A stretch of 61,940 bases of DNA, counting the filler, from Basidiobolus ranarum (taxonomy: Eukaryota): NCBI GenBank assembly GCA_040143965.1. It is 12 parts of 12 records of this genome, joined end to end, with 100 filler letters (N's around TTAATTAATTAA, not from the genome) between each part and the next. Parts side by side here need not be neighbours in the genome. Positions count along the whole stretch, not along the records: positions 46,565 to 51,627 come from JASJQH010008604.1; positions 51,728 to 56,788 come from JASJQH010008605.1; positions 56,889 to 61,940 come from JASJQH010008606.1; 9 more parts are not named here. The stretch is one strand, 5' to 3'. The notes under the pieces were generated by a model that ran no database searches, was not told the DNA's origin, and saw only the letters and a list, made by a program, of their open reading frames with translations. A program made the position numbers and the translations under genes. Below, one piece after another: positions 49,952-61,940 of this stretch. Each line of letters opens with the position of its first letter. The stretch's first letter is position 1.

Positions 49952-50374
49952 ATGAGTACTACCACCCGCGCTTCTTTACGCAGAAAGAGTATCTACATAA
50001 CCTGCTTCATCTGTCAAAAGACCTTCAATCGGAAAGACAACTTTATTCGCCATTTTCGCACTCACACTGGTGAGCACCCTCACCCTTGCCCACATACACA
50101 CTGTGGTCAAGGTTTTACGAGAAGTGATCAGCTTCTAAGACATTTAAATTCCAAGCATCCAGAAATCACCCACACCCAAGCACATGTGAATAACCATAGC
50201 TCGGCACCCACCAAAGTACTTGTGAAATCTACATCCAATCGTTCATTTAGTTTCCTGCATAGTCAGCCAAATAGTATCCTTTGCTCCCCCATGAATATTC
50301 AAAACTTGGTGCACGAATATTGTCTACCTTCCGAAGAAACCTCCTCTATGAGGTTGAACTTTTTGCTGAACTAG
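49952..50374 (+). CDS. Small two-finger C2H2 transcription factor (140 aa), tandem paralog
   Basis: CFICQKTFNRKDNFIRHFRTHTGEHPHPCPHTHCGQGFTRSDQLLRHLNSKH; ATG at 49952 aligns with the paralog start; TATATAA ~70 nt upstream. Confidence 0.9.
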   Translation: MSTTTRASLRRKSIYITCFICQKTFNRKDNFIRHFRTHTGEHPHPCPHTHCGQGFTRSDQLLRHLNSKHPEITHTQAHVNNHSSAPTKVLVKSTSNRSFSFLHSQPNSILCSPMNIQNLVHEYCLPSEETSSMRLNFLLN

Positions 50375-51727
50375 ATGTTCTGTAGCATTAGCAAACAATC
50401 ATCTACATGTACATTGAAAAGCTTTTCATTCACCTAATTTCCTCTTGTACAAACTGAGACTACGTGAATGATTGTGGTATTTTGTTTAATATTGTAAATC
50501 AACAGATAAAAATGTTTCTAATCTAGAATCCCGTTTCAATCCCATAGTTTGAGAGAGGGAATTTGGAATGACTCTAGCTCTCCTTCATTCTCCTACTCAA
50601 GGAGTGAAGATCAATTGGAATCGACAGTAGTTTATAAATCCTTTGGTCTAATAATATATACATACAAATTAGTAAGCTATTCATATTCCAATCCCTCATT
50701 AGTTTTAAGCGCCTCAGGCAACTATGTACCGTTAGAGTCAGGAAAGACTCCTACAAACAGGATCCTCCAAAACGATTTTAGGACACTTCGCATAGTCCAG
50801 TTGCGTTTATCCCGTTTGAGAGAATGGAAAATCCCATGGTTTCATTATCTGCACATAACTATTTAACTATCTGACTCAGCCTCTGACTAAACATATAAAG
50901 GTTAATTAAAGGGAATTATGCAGCCAGCTAGATGTCAGATCAATAATTGTCAGAGATTCTGATGTGTTAAAAAATGATTGATAAAATGATCTCATGAGTA
51001 ATGAGCCTAATCATTGGTTCCTAGGGTTACTCAAATATTTCATTAGACTATAGTGGCGTTACATGAGAAGGACATTACAAACAGTTCGTAATGGTCAAGT
51101 TCCTGACCATATAGTCACTCACGTTGCACCACTGGGATATCCCAGGATCTGAGCATTTTGAACCGGGTACAATAAAGTTGGATTTTGAAATTCTCCGTTC
51201 TCTGAAGAATCTGCGATTATAAATTAGATGAGGAATTTTTTTCAGCAAACATATGCTAAAGGACACGAATTGACTAGAAGCGGGTGTGTCTAAAAGCCAA
51301 TTTGGAATTTATACTAACAAGTACAGTAATTTGCCTGTATTCACTGACAATAGTAAAGTCCCATTTTTTCCACTTTAAGTACGGCCTCTATTCATCGAAC
51401 ACTAATCTTCACCATAATCGGAAGGTCATTATCTCAGGATCGAATCCTCAGGTTCTGGATTAATTAGGAATGTGAGAAAATTTAGATCTCAGTGATCAGC
51501 ACCTAAGGTCCCCGCGAAGACTGTTTAAAGGGATGCGATATATTAGTGCGTGGTGGAGTAGATATCAGGGTACACTTACGAATTAGGCAATTCAATAGGT
51601 TTGTTTTTCTGTTGTGTTCGATCATTGNNNNNNNNNNNNNNNNNNNNNNNNNNNNNNNNNNNNNNNNNNNNTTAATTAATTAANNNNNNNNNNNNNNNNN
51701 NNNNNNNNNNNNNNNNNNNNNNNNNNN

Positions 51728-51993
51728 ATGTCCTATTTATAGTTTACTATGAAATAGGACTATTGGACGTGCTTAGATCATAACAAACATGCCTGTTAAG
51801 CATGGGTGAAAATTTGAGGTGATTTGGAGAAGTTTTGGAAAAATAGTGAAAATTGGTAAAAGTGATCTAATTGATATTTCTATCAATTAGAGCAATAAAC
51901 ACACATTTTTGAATAACAGAATTGAGTGCAAATAATCAGAATATGAATAAACTAACTACTAAATAATGAGTTGCTATTTACCCAATTTCAACA
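51728..51993 (-). mobile_element. Copia LTR family 1, cut by contig start
   Basis: Near-identical to the corresponding part of 40471-40821; ends AATTTCAACA. Confidence 0.88.
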
Positions 51994-52014
51994 GAATTTG
52001 TCTATTGCTGCATA

Positions 52015-52467
52015 TAACTTGTCTATTGCCTTACTGAAGTAATGATAGCTGATATCCTAACCAAACCTTTAGCAAAAGCACAATTTGAATTATCAAGATA
52101 TTAGTTAGGTTTGAGAGAAATACAAGATATTTAGTTGAGGGTGAATGCTGAAATTAGGTAAATAGCAACTCATTAGTTAGTAGTTAGTTAATTCATATTC
52201 CAATTTGTGTGTTTATTGCTTAAATTGATAGAAATATCAATTAGATCACTTTTCCCAATTTTCACTATTTTCTTAAAACTTTTTCAAATCACCTTAACTT
52301 TTCCCCCATGCTTAACAGGCATGTTTGTTATGCTTTAAGCATGTCTAATAGGCCTATTGCATAATAAACTATAAATAGGACATATTGAATTCAATAAAAC
52401 ATAAGTGTCTAATTCACAAATCTAAGTCTGGTCCTAAACACTTCCAAACCCCCAAACACTTTTATCA
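52015..52467 (+). mobile_element. Copia RNase H tail, PPT and 3' LTR (52146-52467)
   Basis: VYCLTEVMIADILTKPLAKAQFE, then GAGGGTGAA|TGCTGAAATT...CACTTTTATCA. Confidence 0.88.
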
Positions 52468-52468
52468 A

Positions 52469-53834
52469 CTACTAGTGTTTTGTAAAGCAGGAGCCATTGG
52501 GCCTAAATGAAAATCAGGATACTGTATTAGTCAGGGACAAAAGATTGGCCTAAAAACATGTGAATGTCTTGGTTATACATTTGATTGGGTAAGTTACAGT
52601 ATCAAGTGTTTATTGTTACACATTCAGTAATTGGTAAGTCACAAACTAAGGGATGAACTTACTTTGTCAGTTTCCCAAAATCTTGATTTGGCAATACTAA
52701 ATCAGGTAACTTGGTACAGGCTGGCACAACATCTCCAACAGAATCTTCATATCAGATTGTGATCCAATCTAGTGCTATGGGACACAGCCATGGTAATGTC
52801 AGATTGCACCAGATAGTGTACTAGCAGGCTGGATCAAGGGGCACAATCTGACCTGATTCAATGGTACAAGTCTATTGTTACACATTCAGTAATTGGTAAG
52901 TTACTAACTAGGGGATGAACTTGCTTTGTCAGTTACCAAAAAGCTTAATTTAGCAACACTAAATCAGGTAACTTGGTATGGGCTGGCACAATATCTCCAA
53001 AAAATTCATCATGTCCAATTCTGGTGGGATAGTGCCATATTGTTCCTTATAGTATCCAATCAAGTGTTATAGGACCAAGGCTTGAAAACTGCCAGATTAC
53101 ACCAGATGGTGTGATAGAAGGTGGGAGTGAGCATTACAATCAGACCTGGTACAATGGCACAGGTCTAATACAAGCAATTTCACTACAATTAAATGAAAAA
53201 TGTATGTCAATCAAAAGCTTGTGCAGCTGTATTGGCTTGATATGGTTCAATCCATTCACATTCTCACCCAATTAGAAGCTTATATGATTGGATAAATAAT
53301 TTGCTGATCTAAAAATGATTAATCAAGTAAGCTTGATCATTGCTATTGTACTGCAGAATGATCCATCATCCAGTGATGTCATTTGTCACCATTGTGCCAA
53401 AACAACTAGTGTTTCATAATGCAGGAGCCATTAGGCCCAATTACAAATCAGGATATTGTGTTGGTGAGGGACAAATGATTGGCCTAAAAACATGTGAAAG
53501 TCTTGGTTATCATTTGATTGGGTTAGTTACAATATAAATTGTTTTGTTACACATTCAGTAATTGGTAACTTACAAACTAGGGGATGAACTTGCTTTGTCA
53601 GTTACCCAAAATCTTAATTTGGCAATAACAAGTTGGATAACTTGGTACTGGCTGGCACAATATCTCCAAAAAAATCATTATGTCCAATTATGGTGGGATA
53701 GTGCTATATTGTTCCTTATAGTGTCCAATTGAGTGTTACAGGACCTAGCCATGGTAACTGACAAATTGTGCCAGATGGTGTGATAGCAGGTGGGATTGAG
53801 CAGCACAATCTGACCTGGTCCAATGTAACAAGTC
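52469..53834. repeat. Diverged direct repeats: three ~260-290 bp units (52614, 52876, 53545) plus a duplicated ~145 bp leader (52469, 53402)
   Basis: TGTTACACATTCAGTAATTGGTAA, GGATGAACTT, GGCTGGCACAA, ACAATC(T/A)GACCTG recur in each unit. Confidence 0.85.
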
Positions 53835-53835
53835 T

Positions 53836-54003
53836 ACTGCTGTACTTGAGCTTCCACAACATGCTGCTCCCCCTGTCTATTCTCATACCTGATTTCAATC
53901 AATATCTGACCATATATACAAATGTCACCATACTAATATAGCTGCACAGAATATGTGTTGGACCAATAAACCTGGACAACCACTCAAAATTGGCTGGGCA
54001 CAT
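53836..54003 (+). mobile_element. Short inverted family X fragment
   Basis: TGCTGTACTTGAGCT...AATATGTGTTGGACC matches the reverse complement of ~13930-14095. Confidence 0.7.
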
Positions 54004-54009
54004 TCTGTA

Positions 54010-55750
54010 ACAGAAATTTGAGGATTGTTATTGTAGGAAAGCTGTGACATATTTAATCCATATAGGATTGACACTTTACTTACCATCATAAATGGATCAA
54101 GTTAGATTTGATATTAATAAATTTTTTCAGTTTCAGGAGTGAGATTTCAAGATCTTGCAAAAGAGTTGCACATGATTGGCTACAATCTTAGAGGACAATG
54201 GAGCAACACATGTGCAAAAAATGTAACTTAAATTGTACACATTTACCACTTGAATGCTAACTTGTCAACAATGAAATCCCTAGTTTCTTTGCTATATTCT
54301 GCCGGGCATTTTTATAGAGTGCTTCATACCTAAGGTTGAGCTCATATCCGACACAAGTTTGTATTAATAACTCCATCAAAGCCCACCATTGTATTAACAT
54401 TGCTGAATCAACATTCTTCCAGTTGTCTGGCAGATACCCTGCAATATTGTGCCACTCTGTATTAAGTTCTTCCCAGATATCTGCACAGTCAACACTAAAA
54501 TGAATGTCAAGTTGAATGTTCTTCTTCTGAAGCCACTCTCTGCATACTTGCATTGTGTTTTTCCCTTCATACTTTTGCAAATACTCCTCAAGCACTTTGA
54601 CTATTTTTGTATGTCCTAATATTGTGACACTACTGATGGTGCTTTGCAGTGTTTGTGCAGCATTTTGCTTGCCTTTACCTTTGGGGCTAATTTCAACACT
54701 TTGAAAAGTACCTGTTGAGGTTAGAGAGCCATTGTAGTGTTTTGCTGAAGTTTTGGCTTGTTGAAAGAAGCCAGGGGTTGCTTAAACTTCCAAGTTTAGC
54801 ACTCTTCCAACTGGTGTACCAGGTTCTATGGTAGAATTGAGCCTTTTTGCCAGTACATTTGACTCCAGAAGTACAGATTTTTGTATTGGTATGCAGAATT
54901 TGATAAGTGGAAGAGTAGATCCCAAACTCACTGGCTCCTTGGCTTTTCCCGTGGGCTCCTTGAAGACTTCTTTAGCACCACTTTTTTTCTTTCCAAGTCT
55001 TTAATTACTTTCAATATTACAATGTTTCATTAATAAGCCTATTTGAGCCCAATTGCCATTCGGCTGCAAAAACCCAGGATAAGCCACATGAAATAAGTCA
55101 TGAATCTTCAGAGTAAAGCCTGGTTGTGATGTTTTGCAATTGGCTTAAATCAAGGTGATTTTGGGCAAGATTCCACACAGTTTCCAAAATGTCAAACCAC
55201 TCATCATCAGAGCAAGTGGTTGCAGCTCTGAAACTCCAAGTCTTTTGGTTTGCTGGTTTTCCTATAATATTTCTACTTTTCTGTGCCCAAACAGTTTTGG
55301 GTCTTTGTGTAGGATTAATGGTCTGACACATTTTCTGCTCTGCTAGATTGTCATGACACTGCTGTATAGTTGTGGGAGTAATTGTAATCCCATATGAGAA
55401 CAGACAGAGCAAGCAGCATGCTGATATAGCTCAAGTACAGCATTCTGATGGTCTTGTATCATTGTTGAGTGAATCACTAACTGTTGACTAGTTGATTCAG
55501 AACACTACATGTATTGCTTTATTGTTGCATTATTGCTTGTCATAGCCGGTATAGCACTTAGTAGTTTTACTTTCAACTGCATGCAAATCACTATTGTGTT
55601 CTGCCTGAGATTCCCTTGTTGTAATAATTCTATCAAAATTTCTACAGAGGGGTGATCAATAGTTGGCAAAGTACCCATTTTGGAAGTTGATGGGCTTGAT
55701 ATTATTTCTGTTGAACTATGCTTCTGCAATTCACAAAATTTGCCATGGTT
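54010..55750 (-). mobile_element. Family X repeat copy, longest piece of the 3' ORF
   Basis: Overlaps both the 1-692 and 13720-14400 copies; largely continuous frame with a few stops and frameshifts. Confidence 0.8.
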
Positions 55751-55759
55751 GGTCACTTC

Positions 55760-56788
55760 TTAGTATTCCAAATTATTGCTCCATTACCGTAAAGAAAAGT
55801 GTAACTAGTGGTTAATCCTCTATCATTAAGGTTTCTTCCCCAGTCTGCATCACTGTTGCCTTCCAAATATTGTGCATCAAGAGTATCAGAGTAATCCAAA
55901 ACTAGATCTGCAGCTCCTCTCAAGTATCTAAATATTTGTTTTACTGCAGTTGTGTTCTGAGATACTGGAATATTGAGTCAATGGGTGACAGTTCTCACTA
56001 TGACAGCAATGTCTGGATGGGTACCAATCATTTTGTACATTTGAATACCCACCATTGGTGCTAAAGCAACTCTGTGGCTATGATTGATCATTTTGGGCCA
56101 AATTGGATGAAATTTTGACTTATTTCATATTGGGACCCATTGGGGTTGATGCAGGCTTGCTATATTCTCCATGTTGCAGCATTTTAGGATGTCTGGAGTG
56201 TATCTAGACTGATTAAGCATCATTTTCTGATTGGTTTTATCTCTCTTGCTCTGAATTCCAAGTAAATAACATAATTCACCCATATCACTCATCTGATATT
56301 GGTTTGACAGGCTTGTTTTTGTCTTATTGAGCATATCTAGAATATTTGTGGCTATTGTCAAGTCAGCCACATATAGTGCCCAGATAAGGATCCTATTTCT
56401 GGTTGTTTTGAAATAAATAATGTGATCTTCTATGAATATTTTGGAATTCCTGCAGTTCTAAATAGGCATTTATCTGGTTGTACAATGCCCTGAGTGCTTG
56501 CTTGAGTCTATGTAGCAGTTTTTTCAGTTTACTGATCATATCAGGGTGCTTTGATCAACAAATCAAGCAGGTTGCTCTATACAGATCTTGTCTTCTTGAT
56601 TACCATTCAGCCAGGCTGTTTTTACATCCATTTGATATAAATGAAGGTTATTGAAGGCTAAGAGAGCCAGGATTAATCTAATAGAGCCAAACTTAGCAAC
56701 TGGAGCAAAGGTTTCATTAAAATAAACTCCTGGAGTCTGGGAATAACCTTTTGTGACTAATCTTGCTCTCTTGCTTTCTATGGTCCTA
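55760..56788 (-). mobile_element. Decayed copia RT / RNase H fragment
   Basis: KARLV, ETFAPVAK, QMDVKTA, LKQA, LYVADL, MSDMGELCYLLGI, HPDIA, KYLRG, SDADW. Confidence 0.92.
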
Positions 56789-58411
56789 NNNNNNNNNNNN
56801 NNNNNNNNNNNNNNNNNNNNNNNNNNNNNNNNTTAATTAATTAANNNNNNNNNNNNNNNNNNNNNNNNNNNNNNNNNNNNNNNNNNNNCTAACGCCGCTG
56901 CTGTGAGCGTAATGACCTTTGTTACGTTCATGATTAAGAGTACGCCAGAATTGTTCAATATGAAGCAGAATTGGACGACGAGAAGTTCGACACTTATGAA
57001 GATAGTCATGAAGAGCAAGAATTGATTGAGTAAGCAAAACCATAAGGTGACTGACATACTGAAAGCTGCATGAATCACCAGCTTCTACATACGTAAGAGC
57101 ATCTGATCCTATGTTGAATCAGATACTGCAAGTAGACTGCCCTAAATAAATTTCTTTTTCTGATGAATATATTTGAAGCTCCACCACCATTTTTCTTTGA
57201 TACTGCTTATGAAACTTTATTGTGATGGCATTGGCTTCCCAAAGTAACAATGCATTCATCATGTATACCTCGCAAATAATTCGAAAACGCGTCCACGCAA
57301 GGACACAGACTCATCCCCGTATTCTTGGATATCTTTACATATCCTTAGAGTAAGGATCAATCATTCGTTCCCAATATATCGGTAATTATTTATTTAAAAT
57401 GACTTTTGAAATGTTCACTTTTACAGCAGTGTATGATGATAATGGATTTCTTGTAAGTGCTTATCGGAAGTGTTTAATGTATTCAGAAAGCATAGATTTG
57501 CAACGAATCATGTATTTAGTTAGAGTTAAACTAAGGTGGTATAAGTAACAGGTAAGATGCACTTCAAACCTTAGCAATATGGAGTAATGACTCGAGTATT
57601 TTGAAAAAATTTGTCTTTCCTGAATACTTGCAGCTTGAATTCGCTACTTGTAATTTGAGAATATCTTGAACTCTATACGTGCTGTTTGAAGAATTAGACA
57701 CTCGACTAAAGTATTTCTCACAAAATTACCCATTGGTTCTGGCCAGTACTTGACTTCATGTTTGCTTTGTTCATGATAGACCATTTTAAAGTCACATCTT
57801 CTAATATGTTATCTCTAGTTGGTAACTTAATTGTAATTTACACTTTCCGTGTTTTTGTCTACAGAAAGCAAAGCGAAGTCAAGATGTGGCTATATCGTTG
57901 CTTTTATCTTAACAGACACCTGGAAACTATTCTTGTCTAAAAGAATGTATACTACTTTGATTTAATCCTCAATATTTTAATGATCGTCTTACTGATATCT
58001 CAAGTGATATTCAGTAAATAGTTGTTGGCTTTTGTTTAACTTTACAAATATCCAAATTTATTTCTCCTCATTTAGATTGACTCGCTTTTAGATGCGAATC
58101 TTTACACTATTTCCAAATTCGGGAAGTCCAAAAAGGATTTCTACTGATATTGGTGTAACCAATGATGATGATCAGACTAAATAACTTTGGTAACAAACCA
58201 TCAGACTGGTCTAAACGTTGACATTTGAGTAGATGCTACTTATCATTCGAATATCTTCATCTTCAACATACCAAAATCGTTCATTTCAAATCCATATATA
58301 GTAATCTGTTTATTCTCACAAAGTTCGTGAACTTTTTTACAATTTTTTCATTTTACAATATGCACCGCCAGAGAAGCCAGCCTCTAAAATATTGGACTCA
58401 GTACGAATCAC

Positions 58412-58804
58412 CTAGCAGCTGGTGAAGGACCAAGAGATCGAGACCCTGCCAGCAGCTTCATCTGCTACTTTGTTGAAAGCAGCTGGGCTAAGATCAAGAT
58501 CGCCGTGTTTACAGCTAGGGCATTTATCAACAATCTTGACTTTGACGCTTCCTTTGGGCCCTGTGACGGTGGCACATTTGAAGCAGGAAAGAGAACCTCT
58601 GGGTGCGTTACCATATTGAGGAGCATTCAGGGCAGCGATCATGTCATTTGATCCATTGGTAATCTCGCATGCACCAAGTCCAGGAGCGTAGTATGTCCCT
58701 TCACCTTGAAAGCCACCCACCTTGACTGGAGCAGTAATCACAAAGCCAGATTGGAAAGTAATGACGGTGGCAGCAAAAAGAGCGAATTTAGAAGTAAACA
58801 TCAT
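58412..58804 (-). CDS. Secreted expansin-like / RlpA double-psi beta-barrel (loosenin/barwin-like) protein
   Basis: Signal peptide; GEGTYYAPGLGACE, MIAALN, GPKGSVKVKIVDKCPSCKHGDLDLSPAAF, ISWSF. Confidence 0.93.
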   Translation of the reverse strand: MMFTSKFALFAATVITFQSGFVITAPVKVGGFQGEGTYYAPGLGACEITNGSNDMIAALNAPQYGNAPRGSLSCFKCATVTGPKGSVKVKIVDKCPSCKHGDLDLSPAAFNKVADEAAGRVSISWSFTSC

Positions 58805-60472
58805 GATAGTAGTTTGAATTCTCAGAGTTAGACAGTATAGGATGGGTATTGATGAACAAGAAAGTGACTATTTATATTCTAACCGTTGCTTGAAAATCTC
58901 TACGCGAACGACTGGATTGGTGTGGAATTTGTTCAATAATTTCAAGGAACAACCATATTAAGCCATTTGTATAAACTCTTCTCGAGATCATATAAGGCTA
59001 TTCTCATTTATGGACAGACACCAATGAATCCGAATTCCAAAGCCAACGCAACTTTACTTCTTTATTAAGACAATCCAAGTCTTGAACTAGGCGCTATTGA
59101 TACTAAATGAAATGACGCTAGCTCGTCAAAACATCCATGTAATATCAGCAATCAAGTAAAAGTGAACTGTGCCATAAATGGGGGCAGGCAATTCCCTAAA
59201 TGTTGGGTCGAAAAAGGAGAAGGAACTGAATCGAGCCCTCATAAAATGTTTGCTAATTGATCGAAAGTGTGACAACGTAACTAGGTTTTCTGTGTCACTT
59301 TCTAAATTGGATATGGGCTTCACTAAACAGAAAGTAGTGTCAAGATTCATTACATCCTTACAATGGAATGGTAACAGTATGTTTGAGTTGCTGCTCCCAA
59401 CAGAAATGCTACATCCCAACAAGGCAAGTTAGAGTGAGGTGTACTTTCCTTATCAGAAACGCTTAGAGTAGTCCGAAAAGTAGACCAGCGTGGCGCGCGC
59501 GAAAACAGTTCGTATTATTTTTGAACCAACATGTCCAAGAACCCATTCTATCTGGTCCAAAGCTATAGTTCAATGTACAACTCTAACTGACAACCCAGTA
59601 GTCGTTCTTGAAACAGCGTCCCAAAAATCATACATTCACTTGGTAATGTTATTGAATAACTCAAATAAGGAAATGTTGACTTCGATTTCTTGGACTTTCC
59701 AAAGTGGATGCTATGCCGATGATGTCTTCATTAACCAGTCACATAGAAGTATCCCTATCAAGATTTGACCATACGTCCGATCAAAATTCGAAGTCAATTC
59801 GCGGACACAGTTATCAAATCAGCTTGTGGTTTATCATGTTTTGATAGGTAGGAGTTGAGGAAAGGAAATCAACCTTACAACTTGAAACATTGCCTATAAC
59901 ATGATATTCGTGTTGATTTGTTGAGACTAGATTCAAACTGAGATTTTAACCAGCGAAGATCTTCAAGGTTTGACTCCATTGGCCAGTCTGAACCAGCCGG
60001 TTCCTGAATGATAAATCTTCGGTAGAGACAAACTAATCACAATGCTCATGTTTCGGATAATGGACGTTCCTTCCTTGAATGATACAACGTCATAATAGTT
60101 ATTAAAACCTCTACGGTCTATTGTTATATGAGCAGCAACCTGGAAACGTTGATTTTGCGTTGCAGAGTCGCCTATTTCACATTCCGTTTTATTGAGATAT
60201 GCACAGGCGTATATACCGTGTAGTATATTTGGCATTTGTATGCAAAAGTAATGATGACTTAATATGCTAGGCTCACACCTAATCTTCCCAATATCTTACT
60301 CACTGAATGTCAACAAGAGCAATCCTAGCTATCAAGTCAGGCTATACATGAAAGTATTGTAATTCAAATGAAATTTAACAGAGAATCTAGTAAATTTGAA
60401 GCAGTTCTTTGTAGCCTACCAAAGTTTATTACGTTTTGGGGGCGCATCCTTTCTTGTGGGTTGAAACGGCAT

Positions 60473-60670
60473 TAAGAATGTGAAAATCTCAATGGTAGAA
60501 TCGAGGATCCGACTAATTGGTGACGAATTAATCAATAGTTGATCATAAAGTGTACGACGAGAATCAATCAATAAGAATGTGAAAATCTCAATGGTAGAAT
60601 CGAGGATCCGACTAATTGGTGACGAATTAATCAATAGTTGATCATAAAGTGTACGACGAGAATCAATCAA
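60473..60670. repeat. Perfect 99-bp tandem duplication
   Basis: TAAGAATGTGAAAATCTC...GAGAATCAATCAA at 60473 and 60572. Confidence 0.95.
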
Positions 60671-61415
60671 TTTTGAAATACGATTTTTATCCAATTATTC
60701 TAATCTTTGACATTAAACTCTAAAAATGGTATCCAATACATGATAGGATTCCCCTTCCTCTTCACTGTACTTTACTTCGACATATCCAACACATAAAATC
60801 TAACAACTATCATTCCCCAAGAAGGCGTAATATCCTAAACCAACCTGGACATTTCGGCAGCCAAGGGCTTCAAGGAATATATTCCGAAATCAACAACCTT
60901 AAACTTAATTTAAGTTTCTCCAGTAATTTTTACTATGGAGAATATAACGAGTCATCAATATTTGGGTATTTTTTTTCTATCTTTACTCATACTTGTTGGA
61001 TATATCACATCAAAGTTAGCTAAAATTATTAGCCCAATATTACTTTGTTCAAAACCCGAACATATACAGATGATGTAAGAACTTTTCAAGATATAAAAAG
61101 CAACTAGATATTTTCAAAGCATTAAAATAAATTGCACAATATGTTTATGTCCTCAGCTGATGCTCTAAACATAATCCTATTATTTGTTCTCTATTTATGC
61201 CAGTATAAAAGCAATAGTTTGATTTGGTGAATAAGCACCTCTCAAGCTCATATTAACTCTATATCTTATTAATACACTGACAAACCTCCAGGCTGCATAA
61301 TGGTGTTTTTTCTCAGAATTAAGATACATTTCAATCAGGATATAGTAGGAGTAGCATAAAAGTTGTTTGTTTTCAGACCTAAAAGTAGCAGAAATATTAG
61401 AACAAAACACTTAAC

Positions 61416-61800
61416 TGCTGAAGGGTTCTGGCAGCTATTGGAAGTGGCTTGGAAAGTTAGAAGAATTTGTAGATTTCTATAATTAATTTATTGTGTGGAA
61501 AGTCAAGATTTATAATTTTGTCTGCTTAAGGAGCCTTTTGGAAGTGGTTGGGAGAACTAGAGAAACTAGTGGTTTTCACTTATTAACTTATTGAGTGGAA
61601 AGTTGACATTTATAGTTTTGTCAAGATGTAAATAAACTAACGTGTAGAGTGTGAAAAGTCCCAGAAATATGTGTTCAAAGTTCAGGGCTTCCAGCACAGG
61701 TTTGAAAAATCAATATATCTGAGAACTTCTAAGTTGGTAAAAATATTATAAGTATATTCCTCTTGCCAATAGTGTTGGATAATGAATCTTTATTCAACAT
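61416..61800 (-). mobile_element. Copia LTR family 2, with a partial extra copy of one end
   Basis: 61530-61750 aligns with 20780-21000; 61416-61520 repeats the same end block; boundaries approximate. Confidence 0.75.
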
Positions 61801-61940
61801 TATAGTTAACTTTAGTTATGATACATATGTCAGAAACAGAAAGCAATGTATCTATAGCCCCTATATTCAAAATAGGAATATCTCTATATCTATATAACAA
61901 GTATGTCTTATTACCCCCACTTATCTATTATATCTTATTA

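Noticed and set aside
52469-53834. CRISPR-like array
   Set aside because: Units are 260-290 bp, diverged along their whole length, lack unique spacers, and the context is eukaryotic
5084-56888. Regularly spaced palindromic TTAATTAATTAA repeats every ~5.2 kb
   Set aside because: Each is embedded in N runs, and contig sizes decrease monotonically; it is an artificial six-frame-stop linker, not a biological array
56833-57078. ORFs ending in X...LIN (also 5128-5484)
   Set aside because: They run into the N spacer; artefacts of translation through the linker
59126-60235. Several 84-98 aa ORFs upstream of the expansin-like gene
   Set aside because: No recognisable domains, and some overlap on opposite strands; cannot be supported as genes
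1-61940. Treating the window as one gene cluster or a single large viral insertion
   Set aside because: The twelve contigs are unlinked; only one ~0.7 kb viral-type fragment is visible and no capsid, polymerase or packaging genes were recognised

Overview
This is not one locus. It is 12 unrelated ~5 kb contigs of a eukaryotic genome, most likely an early-diverging fungus (short ~60-80 nt GT-AG introns, RPB2, SEC16, a CrgA-like RING-LON protein, CBM19). They are ordered by decreasing length and joined by artificial 100-nt spacers (N44-TTAATTAATTAA-N44), so adjacency across spacers means nothing. Host genes: partial MFS monocarboxylate-type transporter, a repeat-rich CBM19 protein, a small spliced membrane protein missed by the ORF track, a truncated RING-LON gene, three C2H2 transcription factors, a 1043-aa two-tract PPR protein head-to-head with RPB2, SEC16, a Q/N-rich protein and an expansin-like protein. 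Roughly 40% of the window is decayed mobile DNA: Ty1/copia (two LTR families, half-tRNAiMet primer site), Ty3/gypsy, LINE, a CACTA-like transposase, a MITE and an unclassified multicopy coding repeat. This DNA is almost free of CpG, consistent with 5mC-driven decay. The most notable signal is a pseudogenised D6/D11-type (VETF-S/NPH-I) SF2 helicase fragment at ~19767-20495. That family is typical of nucleocytoplasmic large DNA viruses and fungal cytoplasmic linear plasmids, and the fragment still retains CpGs inside a CpG-depleted transposon graveyard. Family assignments come from motif recognition only; no searches were run.
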